DNA of 64,000 bases from Cyanophyceae cyanobacterium (GCA_038321985.1 JBBQFN010000011.1:1-64000), one strand, 5' to 3'; shown: positions 30,602-41,642, counted from the stretch's first letter. The notes: a model not told the origin generated them from the letters alone. A program made the numbers and translations.

Positions 30602-31840
30602 CTAGTGGACACCCGCTACCACCTTGGGATCGATGAGTAAGTCCAATGCTGCTTGATATTGACGATCAAACTCCGTTGCCACGAGATCGCGCGAAATGGG
30701 GTCTAATGTCACCTCTTTATCTGGAACGATTCCCAACTTATGGATATCCCGATGATTAGGCGTTTCGTACTTCGCCACCGTCACCGCTAATCCTGAACCA
30801 TCCGCTAAATCAAACAGGGACTGAATCAACCCCTTACCAAACGTTTTTTCACCCACCAACAAGGCCCGTCCATTATCTTGTAGAGCACCGGCCAGAATTT
30901 CACTGGCGCTGGCAGTACCGCGATCAACTAACACGACTAACGGATCGTCCGTTAGTGCGTCATCGATCGCTTCAAAGCTGCCGACTATGCCTTGCCGGTT
31001 TACGGTATAAACTATCGTACCTCCATCTAACCAAAGTCGGGCAATTTCAATTCCCGATTGTAACAGTCCCCCGGGATTGCTCCTCAGATCGAGAATGTAG
31101 GCATTCGCCCCTTGGTTCTCAAACTCTTGCACTGTCTGGGCAACCTCTGTGGCTGCATTGGCGTTGAATTGACTGAGGCGAATGTAGCCGACTGACCGAC
31201 CGTCTGCCATTTGCTGTAATTTGGAGTTTACCGGATTTAAGGCAATCAGTTCCCGGACTAACGGAATCTCTTGGACCTCTTGAGTCCCCTCCCGTTTAAC
31301 CGTTAAGGTAACGGTACTCCCCACGGGGCCGCGCATTCGGACTGCTGCCTCATCTAAGGTTAGACCCACCGTAGAGGTGCCCTCAATTTCCAGGATGCGA
31401 TCGCCCGGTTTTAATCCTGCTTTCTGTCCGGGAGACCCATCAATCGGGGCAATAACTGCCACTGTTCCTGTCTCTTCATCCAGGGCAATTTGCAAACCGA
31501 CCCCCGTTAACTCCCCGGAGGTATTTACTTGTAAACTCCGATACTGATCGGGTTTTAACAATCGGGTAAAGGGCTCGTCTAAACTCGCGAGCATTTCTTG
31601 AATCTGCTCATAAGTTTCTTCACGATTTTTGAGTGGCTTTTTCAAGGCCTTTTGTCTCACAAACCACCAGTTTTGATGGTTAAAGCTCTCATCTACATAG
31701 GAGTAGTTAACAATCCGCCACGCTTGCGAAATCAACTGTTGCTCTTCTGAGAGGGCAAATGCCTCTGGCGTCCACCAGCAACAGGCAAGGGTAAATTGCA
31801 AGACCAATAACAGCCCTACTTGGAATACTCGTTTTGCCAT
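30602..31840 (-). CDS. ctpA: Carboxyl-terminal processing protease (S41, with PDZ domain)
   Basis: Signal peptide, GVGLQI (PDZ), LDLRSNPGG, TASASEI and TFGKG motifs; divergent from petB. Confidence 0.9.
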   Translation of the reverse strand: MAKRVFQVGLLLVLQFTLACCWWTPEAFALSEEQQLISQAWRIVNYSYVDESFNHQNWWFVRQKALKKPLKNREETYEQIQEMLASLDEPFTRLLKPDQYRSLQVNTSGELTGVGLQIALDEETGTVAVIAPIDGSPGQKAGLKPGDRILEIEGTSTVGLTLDEAAVRMRGPVGSTVTLTVKREGTQEVQEIPLVRELIALNPVNSKLQQMADGRSVGYIRLSQFNANAATEVAQTVQEFENQGANAYILDLRSNPGGLLQSGIEIARLWLDGGTIVYTVNRQGIVGSFEAIDDALTDDPLVVLVDRGTASASEILAGALQDNGRALLVGEKTFGKGLIQSLFDLADGSGLAVTVAKYETPNHRDIHKLGIVPDKEVTLDPISRDLVATEFDRQYQAALDLLIDPKVVAGVH

Positions 31841-32301
31841 AATGCCGATTTTGAAAGGGTAATCAAAGATTATATTAAATGGATGAGTCTGATGTATTAG
31901 CTAAAGTTACCCCAGTTTAGGTAATTTGGCTATCTAGCAGGATGGGGTTGACAAAAAAGGGAGCGCTGCCATCGGGGCGGATCATAGCGCCTCCTTCAAT
32001 CTCCGTTAAAGCTGGTATTTGGACCTTTCCAGTGGGTTCAGGGTAGCGGCATTCCCGGGATCAGATTCCCTGAGCTTTTGCGAGGAGGGTTGCGATCGCC
32101 CTGGGGAAAACTGGATCCCTAAGCAGCAGCCAACCCTAACTCACCCTAACGTTAGGCCCTTCTGCATCATGAGGCGATCGATACCCTTGAATATCTGCCC
32201 TTTCCCCGGGGCGATCCCCACCTCAATCGCCCGGAGTGATCGGCCCTGGGGAAACAGATTAGCGGCGATCGCCAAAGGGACTTAGATTTATGAAAATAAT
32301 G

Positions 32302-32319
32302 TTTAGATTATGTTACATT
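32302..32319 (+). promoter_or_regulatory. HLR1-like (RpaB) direct repeat upstream of petB
   Basis: TTTAGATT-AT-GTTACATT, one mismatch to (G/T)TTACA(T/A)2-N2-(G/T)TTACA(T/A)2. Confidence 0.4.
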
Positions 32320-32359
32320 TTGAAAGAAACGCATTAATCTTTTCGGAACGCTTGCTGCA

Positions 32360-33028
32360 ATGTTTTCCAAAGACGTAACGAACTCCAAAACATACCAGTG
32401 GTTTGAAGAGCGCCTCGAAATTCAGGCGCTTGCTGAGGACATCACCAGCAAGTACGTCCCTCCCCATGTCAATATCTTCTACTGCTTGGGCGGGATTACC
32501 CTAGTCTGCTTCCTCATCCAATTTGCCACTGGGTTCGCGATGACATTCTATTATCGCCCCACCGTTACCGAAGCCTTTTCCTCAATCCAATACCTGATGA
32601 CTGAGGTCAACTTCGGGTGGCTCATCCGTTCCGTTCATCGCTGGTCTGCCAGCATGATGGTCCTGATGATGATCCTGCACATCTTCCGTGTTTATTTAAC
32701 CGGCGGTTTCAAAAAGCCTCGGGAACTGACCTGGGTAACCGGCGTGATCCTGGCGGTAATTACCGTCTCCTTTGGAGTAACCGGCTACTCTCTCCCTTGG
32801 GATCAAGTGGGTTACTGGGCCGTTAAGATCGTCTCTGGTGTACCCGAAGCAATCCCCATCGTCGGTTCTACCATTGTTGAACTGCTTCGGGGTGGTACCA
32901 GTGTGGGCCAAGGCACCTTGACTCGCTACTACAGCCTGCACACTTTCGTGTTGCCTTGGCTGATTGCCGTATTCATGCTGCTGCACTTCTTGATGATTCG
33001 TAAACAAGGTATTTCCGGTCCCTTGTAA
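32360..33028 (+). CDS. petB: Cytochrome b6
   Basis: [24 protein letters not shown] and RKQGISGPL. Confidence 0.99.
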   Translation: MFSKDVTNSKTYQWFEERLEIQALAEDITSKYVPPHVNIFYCLGGITLVCFLIQFATGFAMTFYYRPTVTEAFSSIQYLMTEVNFGWLIRSVHRWSASMMVLMMILHIFRVYLTGGFKKPRELTWVTGVILAVITVSFGVTGYSLPWDQVGYWAVKIVSGVPEAIPIVGSTIVELLRGGTSVGQGTLTRYYSLHTFVLPWLIAVFMLLHFLMIRKQGISGPL

Positions 33029-33131
33029 AGAGATCCTTGCTTTACATTCATCAAGCTGACAATCGCTGTATCCTTTTAGCAATTGCAGCCAAGACCTGCC
33101 GACCTTAAAAATAAGGAGAGGATTCTCAAAG

Positions 33132-33614
33132 ATGTCTATTTTGAAAAAGCCGGATCTGAGCGATCCGAAGTTGCGGGCTAAATTGGAAATGGGGATGGGC
33201 CATAACTATTATGGCGAACCTGCTTGGCCGAATGACCTGCTTTATGTCTTCCCCGTGGTCATTCTCGGAACGATCGCCCTGTGTGTTGGATTGGGTGTTT
33301 TGGACCCCGCAATGGTCGGAGAACCTGCCGACCCCTTTGCAACGCCTCTGGAAATTCTACCGGAATGGTATCTGTGGCCTTCATTCCAGATGCTGCGCGT
33401 TGTTCCTAACAAACTGTTAGGAATTGCCTTGATGGGTGCAATTCCCGTGGGTTTAATGTTTGTTCCCTTTATTGAGAACGTTAACAAATTTCAAAACCCC
33501 TTCCGTCGTCCTTTGGCTACCGCAGTATTCATGTTCGGTACCTTGGTCACGATCTGGTTGGGAGTTGGGGCAATCATGCCGATTGACAAGTCTCTGACTC
33601 TCGGTCTGTTCTAA
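33132..33614 (+). CDS. petD: Cytochrome b6-f subunit IV
   Basis: [20 protein letters not shown] motif, NPFRRP. Confidence 0.99.
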   Translation: MSILKKPDLSDPKLRAKLEMGMGHNYYGEPAWPNDLLYVFPVVILGTIALCVGLGVLDPAMVGEPADPFATPLEILPEWYLWPSFQMLRVVPNKLLGIALMGAIPVGLMFVPFIENVNKFQNPFRRPLATAVFMFGTLVTIWLGVGAIMPIDKSLTLGLF

Positions 33615-33643
33615 ATTTTCCCGGTTCAATTCCCGGTTAAATC

Positions 33644-33707
33644 AGACGCCCATGCGTTTCTCAGATGTGCAACAGTACCCCTGAGAGTAAAGCAGGGGCG
33701 TCTTTTC
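33644..33707 (+). terminator. Stem-loop after petBD
   Basis: AGACGCCC pairs with GGGCGTCT, with an inner TCTCAG/CTGAGA stem and a T tail. Confidence 0.5.
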
Positions 33708-33790
33708 ACGTTTTTTACAAGGCTTCTCTTAATCCTTGTTATCCAGGCGGGGTCTGCCAAAACGCCACCCTACCCGGGCAAGGAGCATTT

Positions 33791-35446
33791 TTACCCTTTT
33801 TCTCCCGTATCAGACCCTTGCCATTCGTCGATCGCAAACTCTAAGGTTTGACCTTGGGAACTGCCAAATTTTAGTAAAATGCCCGATTCTAACTTCACCT
33901 CTTGATGGTGGACTTTTTGCCACCCGTCACTATTTTTAATTAAAGTCCCATACCGGGAAAAATCCCGAAGAAAATAGGCCGGGACTGAATCGATACGGGA
34001 CATATCCCGATAAAAAATTTCGGCGTGTCGTTGAGAAACCCACCGTTCCTGAATCACGAGGTCGTTCTGGGAAAGGCGACCCACGCGCATCAGGCCCCCG
34101 CGAATCGGCCAAACTTGGGGAGTGACATCCACCGATCGCAGATAAGCCAGACTAATTAAGGGACGAATCCCCGAGGGTGTGTTCTCCGGAAGTTCTGTCT
34201 CTAAATAGTCCAGGGGTTGGATTAATTCCCCATTGAACTCGGGATGCATATAAAGGACAGGTAAGGTCCAGGCCGGTTGATTGAATTTATAAACGGTTAA
34301 TAGTTGTTGTCGGGCGACTGCCACGGCGCGATCGATAGACATTCGGTCAGCAAGGGCGGTGGTCAAGGCTTGAATAAAACTTAACGCTTCTTCATCGGTA
34401 ATCGAGTCGCGCATTCCCAAAACTGCCGGAACACCATGATGGATCAAGACTTCTGCCAAACTGCTGCGGGGGATAGCTTGTTCATTCTGGCGATCGCTCT
34501 GAGCACCCCAACAGGCGTTAAACACGGCTAAGGTTACTTCCCCTCGCACCAGCACTTGAGCCAATTCTGTGCCGCTGAGGGGGGTTCCGCTTCGTAATAA
34601 TAACTGACCTCCAGCCGGTGCACAGATCCCATGACCTGCATAAAAGAAAATATTATAATTGCCTGTTTCCAGGGTTTCGATTAATTCGCTGGGAGTCGGC
34701 TGTACCAATGTATCGACATGGCAAGCTACCGGCAGAATATTCTCACTGGCAGGACGGGTGCGATCGCTCTGTTCTAGGACCCGCGCTAGGGTAGCCGCCT
34801 CTTGTTGCAGTTGTAGGCGGTTTTCTGGAGTGGAGGGATTACTGGGGGTCTCGACTTCTTCCCCTAAGACCAATAAAATCTTTAAGGATTGGCGAGTGCA
34901 GCGGATAGCCAGGGGGTCTACATCACTGGTTGTCCGACTAAATCGCAGTTGGGGGTTGAGAGAAATGGTCGGTTTACCGGGTCGGGGTTGCATGAGTTCC
35001 CAGGGCAACGAAATCAGTTCCGGGTCCCGAATTTCTAACTGGATCCGCAGGGGTCGGTCCTGACCCATGGCGATCCCCATGCTTTGGGCGTAGCTACTTT
35101 GGAGAGCTTCCCCAAACAGCCATTGCCAAAGCTGGAGGCCCAACTGCTGCATCAGGCGAGCGCTGTAACTGGCCGGAGAGTTACTGCTATTGAGGTTGAG
35201 TAATTCCAGGGAGTTGACTTGGGATGATGCAGGCAGAGTCCAGACGGAGGGCAAGGGCTGTAGAGAAAATAGCTGATGCCACCCTTGCCAAGTCTCGGTT
35301 AAGGAATCCGGCCAGGGACAGTCATAATGAACATAGCCACCGGGATAGGGGGCTTTAATCACCCAGATCGCAAAGTGTTTTGCATTAGGGGTGTTATTTA
35401 GCGGGGCGATCGCGATGCTCAGGCAAGGAATCTCAGACCAAGACAT
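33791..35446 (-). CDS. CHAT (HetF-like caspase-family) domain protein with C-terminal FHA domain
   Basis: LPWE motif, catalytic FYAGHG and VFNAC motifs; FHA motifs VGR..QNDLVI..RWVSQRHAEI and SRYGT. Confidence 0.85.
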   Translation of the reverse strand: MSWSEIPCLSIAIAPLNNTPNAKHFAIWVIKAPYPGGYVHYDCPWPDSLTETWQGWHQLFSLQPLPSVWTLPASSQVNSLELLNLNSSNSPASYSARLMQQLGLQLWQWLFGEALQSSYAQSMGIAMGQDRPLRIQLEIRDPELISLPWELMQPRPGKPTISLNPQLRFSRTTSDVDPLAIRCTRQSLKILLVLGEEVETPSNPSTPENRLQLQQEAATLARVLEQSDRTRPASENILPVACHVDTLVQPTPSELIETLETGNYNIFFYAGHGICAPAGGQLLLRSGTPLSGTELAQVLVRGEVTLAVFNACWGAQSDRQNEQAIPRSSLAEVLIHHGVPAVLGMRDSITDEEALSFIQALTTALADRMSIDRAVAVARQQLLTVYKFNQPAWTLPVLYMHPEFNGELIQPLDYLETELPENTPSGIRPLISLAYLRSVDVTPQVWPIRGGLMRVGRLSQNDLVIQERWVSQRHAEIFYRDMSRIDSVPAYFLRDFSRYGTLIKNSDGWQKVHHQEVKLESGILLKFGSSQGQTLEFAIDEWQGSDTGEKG

Positions 35447-35792
35447 TCAAAACACTGGCTCTAATGTGAAAGTAGCTTTTAACCAGTGTATCTGTTCTCG
35501 GTTGATGATGCTCAATTGAGGGAGTTCTCCCCGTAATTAGAGCGATTTCCCCCGCGCTTTGTGTGAAATGGTTATCCATTGTCTGTTTCACCCTCAGAGG
35601 CGATCGCGGGGGATATCACAGTTGTCAAGATTCTTTCTGGAGGTGCCGAGCAAACCAATGCTGTTAAGAAACGGGAGTGCGTAGCACCTTGAGGCTGCAA
35701 TCCCCTGGAGATAGCTTTGACCCTGAATCGGATTTGAATGCCAGAGATTGAACTGAGTTTTAAACCGGATGAAGATAACACCCCCTGGTGAT

Positions 35793-36497
35793 TTATGCGG
35801 ACAAATTTTCTACTTCAGATACGGCATAACGGGCGATCGCCAAGCTAAGGCGAGCTTTTTCAATCTCGGATAAATTTGACCAGGTTTTCTCCGTGATTGT
35901 GGTTACGGTGGATTCGAGGGATTCCCCGCGCATGGCGTAGGCAAAAGGTCTGGCTAAAACCTGTAAATCCTCTGGAGTCCACTGAGGCAGCAATGCGCTG
36001 ACACATTCCACTAATCGTTGAGCCGTTGGGGTTTGGGTGGAAGCTAGGTTTCTGGCTTGATCGGCGATCGCCTCTAACCAGTTGGACGGAACCTGGGTAC
36101 CAAACTTTTGCAGTAAAGCTGCTCTAACTTTCTCTACTGCCGAGGTTGTCGAGCTATTGGCGGACCACAATTTCTGGAAAGAGGCGATCGCGGTTTGTGC
36201 TCGGGGGGCGAACTCTTCCTCGGTCAACCACAAGGGGGTAACTTCGGCTTCCAGGGTCGAAAAATATGCCTCAGACTCAAGATCGGTGGGGTTCCAAGGG
36301 TAAGGAACTTCTGGTTGGGTTAGGGACTCTAAGAGTTCTAACTCCAGATGAGATTGAGAATATTCTCTACATTCAAGATCACGGCGTGGATTTGGCATGG
36401 ATGATGCTCCTCCTGAGTGCATGGATGGATTTGCTTTGATATCGCTAGCTACAATAGCGGTTCTGTCCGTTCCGCAATCGATGAAGCGATCGGGCAA
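35793..36497 (-). CDS. Conserved hypothetical cyanobacterial protein
   Basis: Long ORF with PYPWNP..SEAYF and EDLQVLARPFAYAMRG motifs. Start uncertain; function unknown. Confidence 0.7.
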   Translation of the reverse strand: MPDRFIDCGTDRTAIVASDIKANPSMHSGGASSMPNPRRDLECREYSQSHLELELLESLTQPEVPYPWNPTDLESEAYFSTLEAEVTPLWLTEEEFAPRAQTAIASFQKLWSANSSTTSAVEKVRAALLQKFGTQVPSNWLEAIADQARNLASTQTPTAQRLVECVSALLPQWTPEDLQVLARPFAYAMRGESLESTVTTITEKTWSNLSEIEKARLSLAIARYAVSEVENLSA

Positions 36498-36950
36498 TGG
36501 GGATTTTTATTTAACACTTTCTTTGCATAGTCCCTGATTTATTTTTTAGGAAAAATACTTTAATTTTCCGCAGGCTTCTGTCCTAAAAAGGTAAAATTTC
36601 AGGATATAAATAATCTTAAGAAAATCTAAATGCAGATTAAACGCTGAATCTTTCGGTAAAAACCCGATGAGGAGGGGGAAACCGGGCAAAATCTTGCGGG
36701 TTTGGGGAGAAGGGGGATCGCCGGGGGTGAGTCTGAAGAATCCCTGAGTTTCGCGCCCTAAATAATGAAACTCCCGGCCAAGTAGCCGCTTTAATCATTC
36801 TAGTCTAGCCTAAAATTATGAGAGCCTGTTGGTAAACTTAACTCCACCTTTCCAAACCCTTGCTAAACTGACTAAATTAACGTAAAAATTGTCCCCTATT
36901 TCTGCAATCCTAGGCTGCTTAACTTAAATTGTAATCCCCGGAACTCAAAA

Positions 36951-37970
36951 ATGCCCGTTCTTTCTCCTGACCTGCAACAAAAACTAGCAACTCCCCTAAA
37001 AATTGGTCAAGTTACGGTAAAAAGCCGTGTCCTGCAATCCCCCTTATCCGGCGTCACCGATATGGTCTTTCGTCGTCTGGTGCGTCGCTATGCACCAGAC
37101 TCGATGATGTACACGGAAATGGTGCAAGCGAGCAGTTTGCACTATTTACGGGAGGTTCCCCAAATTATGGAAGTGGACCCAAACGAACAACCCATTAGTG
37201 TTCAATTATTTGACTGTCGTCCCGATTTCTTAGCAGCAGCAGCGGTGATGGCGGTTGCGGAAGGGGCGGATACGATTGATATTAATATGGGCTGTCCGGT
37301 GAATAAAATTACCAAAAATGGCGGGGGTTCTTCGTTGTTGCGGGACCCAAAAACCGCAGAGGCAATTGTTAGTGCAGTGGTGAAGGCGGTGTCGGTTCCA
37401 GTGACGGTAAAAACCCGAATTGGGTGGTCCGATGAGGAGATTAATATCCTGGACTTTGCTAAGGGAATGGAAGATGCCGGTGCGGCGATGATTACCATTC
37501 ATGGACGGACTCGCGCTCAAGGATATCACGGCAGTGCCAAATGGGACTGGATCCGACGAGTCAAGGAAGTGCTCTCAATTCCAGTAATTGGGAATGGGGA
37601 TATTTTTTCGGTAGAAATGGCGGTGCGCTGTTTGGAAGAGACGGGTGCAGATGGGGTGATGTGTTCCCGAGGGACGTTGGGGTATCCGTTTTTAGTAGGA
37701 GAGATTGACCATTTCTTGAAAACTGGGGAGGAGTTGTCGGCACCGACCCCGATTGAACGGTTGGAATGTGCGAAGGAGCATTTACGGGGATTGTGGGAGT
37801 ACAAAGGCGATCGCGGGGTACAACAGGCGCGAAAGCATTTGACGTGGTATGCGAAAGGGTTTTACGGTGCTGGAGAGTTACGGGATAAGTTAGCGCGGAT
37901 TGAGTCGGTGGCACAGGGATGTGACTTAATCGACGGCGCAATCGCCCAAGGGGTTCGGGACGAATCTTAA
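36951..37970 (+). CDS. dusB: tRNA-dihydrouridine synthase B
   Basis: PLSGVTD, IDINMGCPV, VTVKTRIG, IHGRT and IGNGDI motifs. Confidence 0.92.
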   Translation: MPVLSPDLQQKLATPLKIGQVTVKSRVLQSPLSGVTDMVFRRLVRRYAPDSMMYTEMVQASSLHYLREVPQIMEVDPNEQPISVQLFDCRPDFLAAAAVMAVAEGADTIDINMGCPVNKITKNGGGSSLLRDPKTAEAIVSAVVKAVSVPVTVKTRIGWSDEEINILDFAKGMEDAGAAMITIHGRTRAQGYHGSAKWDWIRRVKEVLSIPVIGNGDIFSVEMAVRCLEETGADGVMCSRGTLGYPFLVGEIDHFLKTGEELSAPTPIERLECAKEHLRGLWEYKGDRGVQQARKHLTWYAKGFYGAGELRDKLARIESVAQGCDLIDGAIAQGVRDES

Positions 37971-38040
37971 GGGACTTAAGAGCGAATATAGCGTCTCCCA
38001 CGGCAGAGGGCTATAGCCGCACCGGAACATGAGCGCGGAT

Positions 38041-40314
38041 TTAATCGGCAGCATTGCTAAGGCGTCGCAGATTTAGGACGTCGCTGATTTGGCGAATTTG
38101 GTTAAAGGTGCGTTCAAGTTGTCGGAGATCGCAAATATCGATCCCCAGTTCGATCGTGGCGGGTTTACCCATATAGGTTCTCACGTTCGCGCTGCGGACG
38201 TTGACATTGTTATCCTTTAATCGAGACAAAATATCATTGAGTACCCCGACGCGATCTAGCACTTCGATTTGAATCTCAATCGGATAGCTTTGAGGACGAC
38301 CCCCGTAACAATCGGTGGGATTCCAGTTCACCGGGACGAGGCGATCGCCGGGAATGCCTTCGACGTTGGAACAGCCTTGACGGTGAATGGAGATGCCGCG
38401 ATCGCCCCGGGTGACAATCCCGATAATTGCTTCTCCGGGGATCGGCGTACAACATCGAGCCAGATGATACACCAATCCCTCCACCCCGGCGATCGGGTGT
38501 TTCCCTTTCGTCGTGGCGGGAGGAAGAGAGGCCCTCACGGTTACTCCGGTTAGTAACAAGGGCTGAGTCTGCGCTAAAGTTTGGCGATCGGCTACTTCAC
38601 CCCGGAGGCGATGCACCACTTGATTGAAGGTGACTTCTCCATAACCCACTCCAGCGAGTAAATCCTCAACGCTGTGGTAATTACAGCGTTGGGCGACTTG
38701 CAGCATTTGTTCAGACTTGAGCAAGGATTCAAATCCATTTTTACCCAGTTCTTTTTCCAACATATCCCGACCCCGTTGGACATTTTCTTCCCGGTGCGAT
38801 CGCTTATACCATTGGCGAATTCGAGTTTTTGCCGTGGTGGTAATCGCAAAATTTAGCCAATCTAAACTCGGGTGACTGTTTTTCTGGGTAATAATCTCGA
38901 CGATATCCCCATTATTTAAGGGAGTATCCAAGGTGATCAGCCTCTCGTTTACCCGCGCACCCGCACAATGGTTACCCACTTCAGTATGAATTCGATAAGC
39001 AAAGTCTACGGGAGTTGCCCCTTGTTTTAAGGAGATTAAATCACCTTGGGGGGTAAACACGTAGACATCTTCATCAAATAAATTATCCTTGACATTTTCC
39101 AAATACTCCTGAGCATCCTTGAGGTCACTTTGCCATTCCAAAAGCTGACGTAACCAGGTGAATTTTTCATCATCGTTATTGAACTTAATATGGCTCGATC
39201 CACTTTCTTTATATTTCCAGTGAGCCGCGATCCCGTACTCAGCAACGTGATGCATTTCTAAGGTGCGGATTTGCACTTCAATCGGTCGTCCCGTCGGTCC
39301 GAGGACCACGGTATGTAAGGATTGATAGCGGTTGGGTTTGGGGAGGCCAATGTAGTCTTTGAACCGCCCGGGGAGGGGACGGAAGGCATCGTGAGCGATC
39401 GCCAGAGCGCGGTAGCATTCTTCGCTTTTTTCAACTAGAATTCTCACGGCAGCTACATCATAAATTTCTTCAAATTTTTTGTTCTGGCGCTGCATTTTTT
39501 GATAGATTCCGTACAGATGCTTGGGACGTCCGCTGACCTCCATGCAACCGATCCCCAGTTCTTCTAGGCGCAGTCGCAAGGTTTCGGTGACTTTATTCAG
39601 TCGGTTTTCCCGATCAATGCGTTTTTCGGCGACTAAATCCTGCATCTGTCGATAGGCTTCCGGTTCGAGATACTTAAAGGACAAGTCTTCAAGTTCCCAT
39701 TTAAACCGACCGATCCCCAGGCGGTTGGCAAGGGGAGCAAAGATTTCTCGGGTTTCTAGGGCGATGCGCTGGCGCTTGACATCGGCAAGGGACTCTAGGG
39801 TTCGCATATTGTGCAGGCGATCGGCCAGTTTAACGACGATCACCCGGATATCTTTCGCCATTGCCAGAAACATCCGCCGGAAGTTCTCCGCTTGCCGTTC
39901 GGTTTTGCTGGAAAAGTTAAATTTCGAGAGCTTGGTTACCCCTTCGACAAGCTGGCGCACTTCTTCTCCAAAGCGCTTTTCTATTTCTTCTGGGGTCACA
40001 TCTGTATCTTCAACCACGTCATGCAAAAACCCAGCGGCTATCATGGCACTGCTGCCGCCGAGATCCCGCAACAATCCGGCAACCGCGATCGGATGGATGA
40101 TATAAGGTTCTCCGGATTTGCGCCGCTGACATTCATGAAGCTGATAGGCGAATTCAAACGCCCGACAGACTAGGGAGTTATCTGTGGGGGATAGGTCGGA
40201 GTGGTCTGAGTCAGGAGATTCGTTATAGGAGATTAGACAGGTTTGCAGCCATTGGGGAATCTCGACATCAAAGGAGCAGGCTGGAGCAACGGGGTTCATT
40301 ACCATAGGGCTCAA
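38041..40314 (-). CDS. relA: Bifunctional (p)ppGpp synthetase/hydrolase (long RSH)
   Basis: HD motif LHDVVEDT, KLADRLHNMRTL, KPNRYQSLHT, EVQIRT, TGS domain, C-terminal ACT. The start may be ATG 40299 or 40305. Confidence 0.96.
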   Translation of the reverse strand: MSPMVMNPVAPACSFDVEIPQWLQTCLISYNESPDSDHSDLSPTDNSLVCRAFEFAYQLHECQRRKSGEPYIIHPIAVAGLLRDLGGSSAMIAAGFLHDVVEDTDVTPEEIEKRFGEEVRQLVEGVTKLSKFNFSSKTERQAENFRRMFLAMAKDIRVIVVKLADRLHNMRTLESLADVKRQRIALETREIFAPLANRLGIGRFKWELEDLSFKYLEPEAYRQMQDLVAEKRIDRENRLNKVTETLRLRLEELGIGCMEVSGRPKHLYGIYQKMQRQNKKFEEIYDVAAVRILVEKSEECYRALAIAHDAFRPLPGRFKDYIGLPKPNRYQSLHTVVLGPTGRPIEVQIRTLEMHHVAEYGIAAHWKYKESGSSHIKFNNDDEKFTWLRQLLEWQSDLKDAQEYLENVKDNLFDEDVYVFTPQGDLISLKQGATPVDFAYRIHTEVGNHCAGARVNERLITLDTPLNNGDIVEIITQKNSHPSLDWLNFAITTTAKTRIRQWYKRSHREENVQRGRDMLEKELGKNGFESLLKSEQMLQVAQRCNYHSVEDLLAGVGYGEVTFNQVVHRLRGEVADRQTLAQTQPLLLTGVTVRASLPPATTKGKHPIAGVEGLVYHLARCCTPIPGEAIIGIVTRGDRGISIHRQGCSNVEGIPGDRLVPVNWNPTDCYGGRPQSYPIEIQIEVLDRVGVLNDILSRLKDNNVNVRSANVRTYMGKPATIELGIDICDLRQLERTFNQIRQISDVLNLRRLSNAAD

Positions 40315-40366
40315 GGATAAATAATGGGGTAAATTTGATAATATTTATCAATTCTAAGGTATTTAT

Positions 40367-40382
40367 TGTATCTGAAGATACA
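40367..40382. promoter_or_regulatory. NtcA-binding site in the rel/patD divergent promoter
   Basis: TGTA-TCTGAAGA-TACA is a perfect GTA-N8-TAC in AT-rich flanks. Confidence 0.65.
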
Positions 40383-40591
40383 ACAAAACCGTCAGTGAAG
40401 AGTTAATAGCTGAGAACTGGTACAGGAGCCATTCCGACCTGGGGGCCGGAAATCCGTAGATCCCTAAGCTATTCATTCATACACTACAAGAGAAACTGCT
40501 CAGCTAAGGCTGAAAATTTATATCTAGGTTAAAGTTTTATTAAATTGTATGAATTGTCTACTCTATTAATATAGACAATATTTTTGGGGTT

Positions 40592-40963
40592 ATGCTGCCA
40601 GATCTTCATGATCAGTGTTATAGAAATTTAATGCAAGCACTACAGCAATTAGCCGAAACGGTAAATGCGCCCAATCCAGATAAACCGAGAGTGCGAGCCA
40701 GTACACTTGAAATGCAACAATTTTTTCAGGAGCAAATCTTGAGCTTAGGTATGGATGAGCTAGACCAGGGGGTAGTCTCCCTAGTGCAGTCGTTCCAGAC
40801 GGAACTACACAAACAACTGAGGCTGTTGGGAAATGACGTGATGTTTTTATTCTCGGCCCGACAACCGCAGACCTTTGAACGGCGCTTGTCTGAAGTGCGC
40901 GATCGCATTAATAGTTCCATCGGCTACTGCGAAGCAATTTTGTCTATCCAGGCCAAGAATTGA
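40592..40963 (+). CDS. patD: PatD-family protein (heterocyst frequency control homolog)
   Basis: QQFFQEQILSL...VQSFQTELHKQLRLL..DVMFL..ARQ...IGYCEAIL pattern; divergent from rel. Confidence 0.78.
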   Translation: MLPDLHDQCYRNLMQALQQLAETVNAPNPDKPRVRASTLEMQQFFQEQILSLGMDELDQGVVSLVQSFQTELHKQLRLLGNDVMFLFSARQPQTFERRLSEVRDRINSSIGYCEAILSIQAKN

Positions 40964-41075
40964 GTCCAAGGGGCGAGGGTCAAGGTCCGGATTTGCAGTC
41001 GCCAATCCGGAAACTCCTACCCGATAATTCGTTCCAACTCCCATTTTTGAAGGTGAATCCGGGAAAGAAAGAGCA

Positions 41076-41642
41076 ATGCAATGTCCAAAAGATAAGAATG
41101 AGACCCTAGTCGATGGATTTTTGTCCGGGGATCTCCCCGTCAAGCACTGTGTGGATTGTCAAGGCAGTTGGATTTCCTCCCCTGACTACGAAACCTGGAA
41201 ATCGCACCAACGTCGGCAGATGATCCCCCCAACCTACGTTACCAGGGAAGTTGGAGTGCACTTCACTCCGCCTGCGTCGGACATGAAAGCAGGATTATGC
41301 CCGGAGTGTAACCGCTATCTTTCCCGTTCCAAAGTTATGGCAAAAAACCCATTTTATGTAGAACGCTGTCCTAGTTGTGGCGGGTTCTGGTGCGATCGCG
41401 GGGAATGGGAAGTCCTAGAAGACTTGGGACTCCACGATACCTTAGAGCAAATCTTTTCCGGGGAATGGCAAGCCCGGGTGCGATTGGTGCTTCAATCCGA
41501 AAAAGAGCGCGATGCCACCATTGACAAATTAGGTCCCGAGGTTGCCGAATTGGTTTTTCAACTCGCGGAAGTTCTTGAACAGCACCCGAATGGAGATTTT
41601 GGGGTAGCCTATCTTATGCGGCGCTTTGATAAACCGCAGTAA
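41076..41642 (+). CDS. Double zinc-ribbon (zf-TFIIB-like) protein
   Basis: CPKD...CVDC.GSW and CPEC...CPSCGGFWCDRGE motifs. Confidence 0.8.
   Translation: MQCPKDKNETLVDGFLSGDLPVKHCVDCQGSWISSPDYETWKSHQRRQMIPPTYVTREVGVHFTPPASDMKAGLCPECNRYLSRSKVMAKNPFYVERCPSCGGFWCDRGEWEVLEDLGLHDTLEQIFSGEWQARVRLVLQSEKERDATIDKLGPEVAELVFQLAEVLEQHPNGDFGVAYLMRRFDKPQ

Noticed and set aside
32019..32285. 88-aa ORF upstream of petB
   Set aside because: TTG start within the HIP1-rich ctpA/petB promoter region, with no coding hallmarks.
40548..40562. Second NtcA-like site near patD
   Set aside because: The spacing is GTA-N9-TAC, which is non-canonical.
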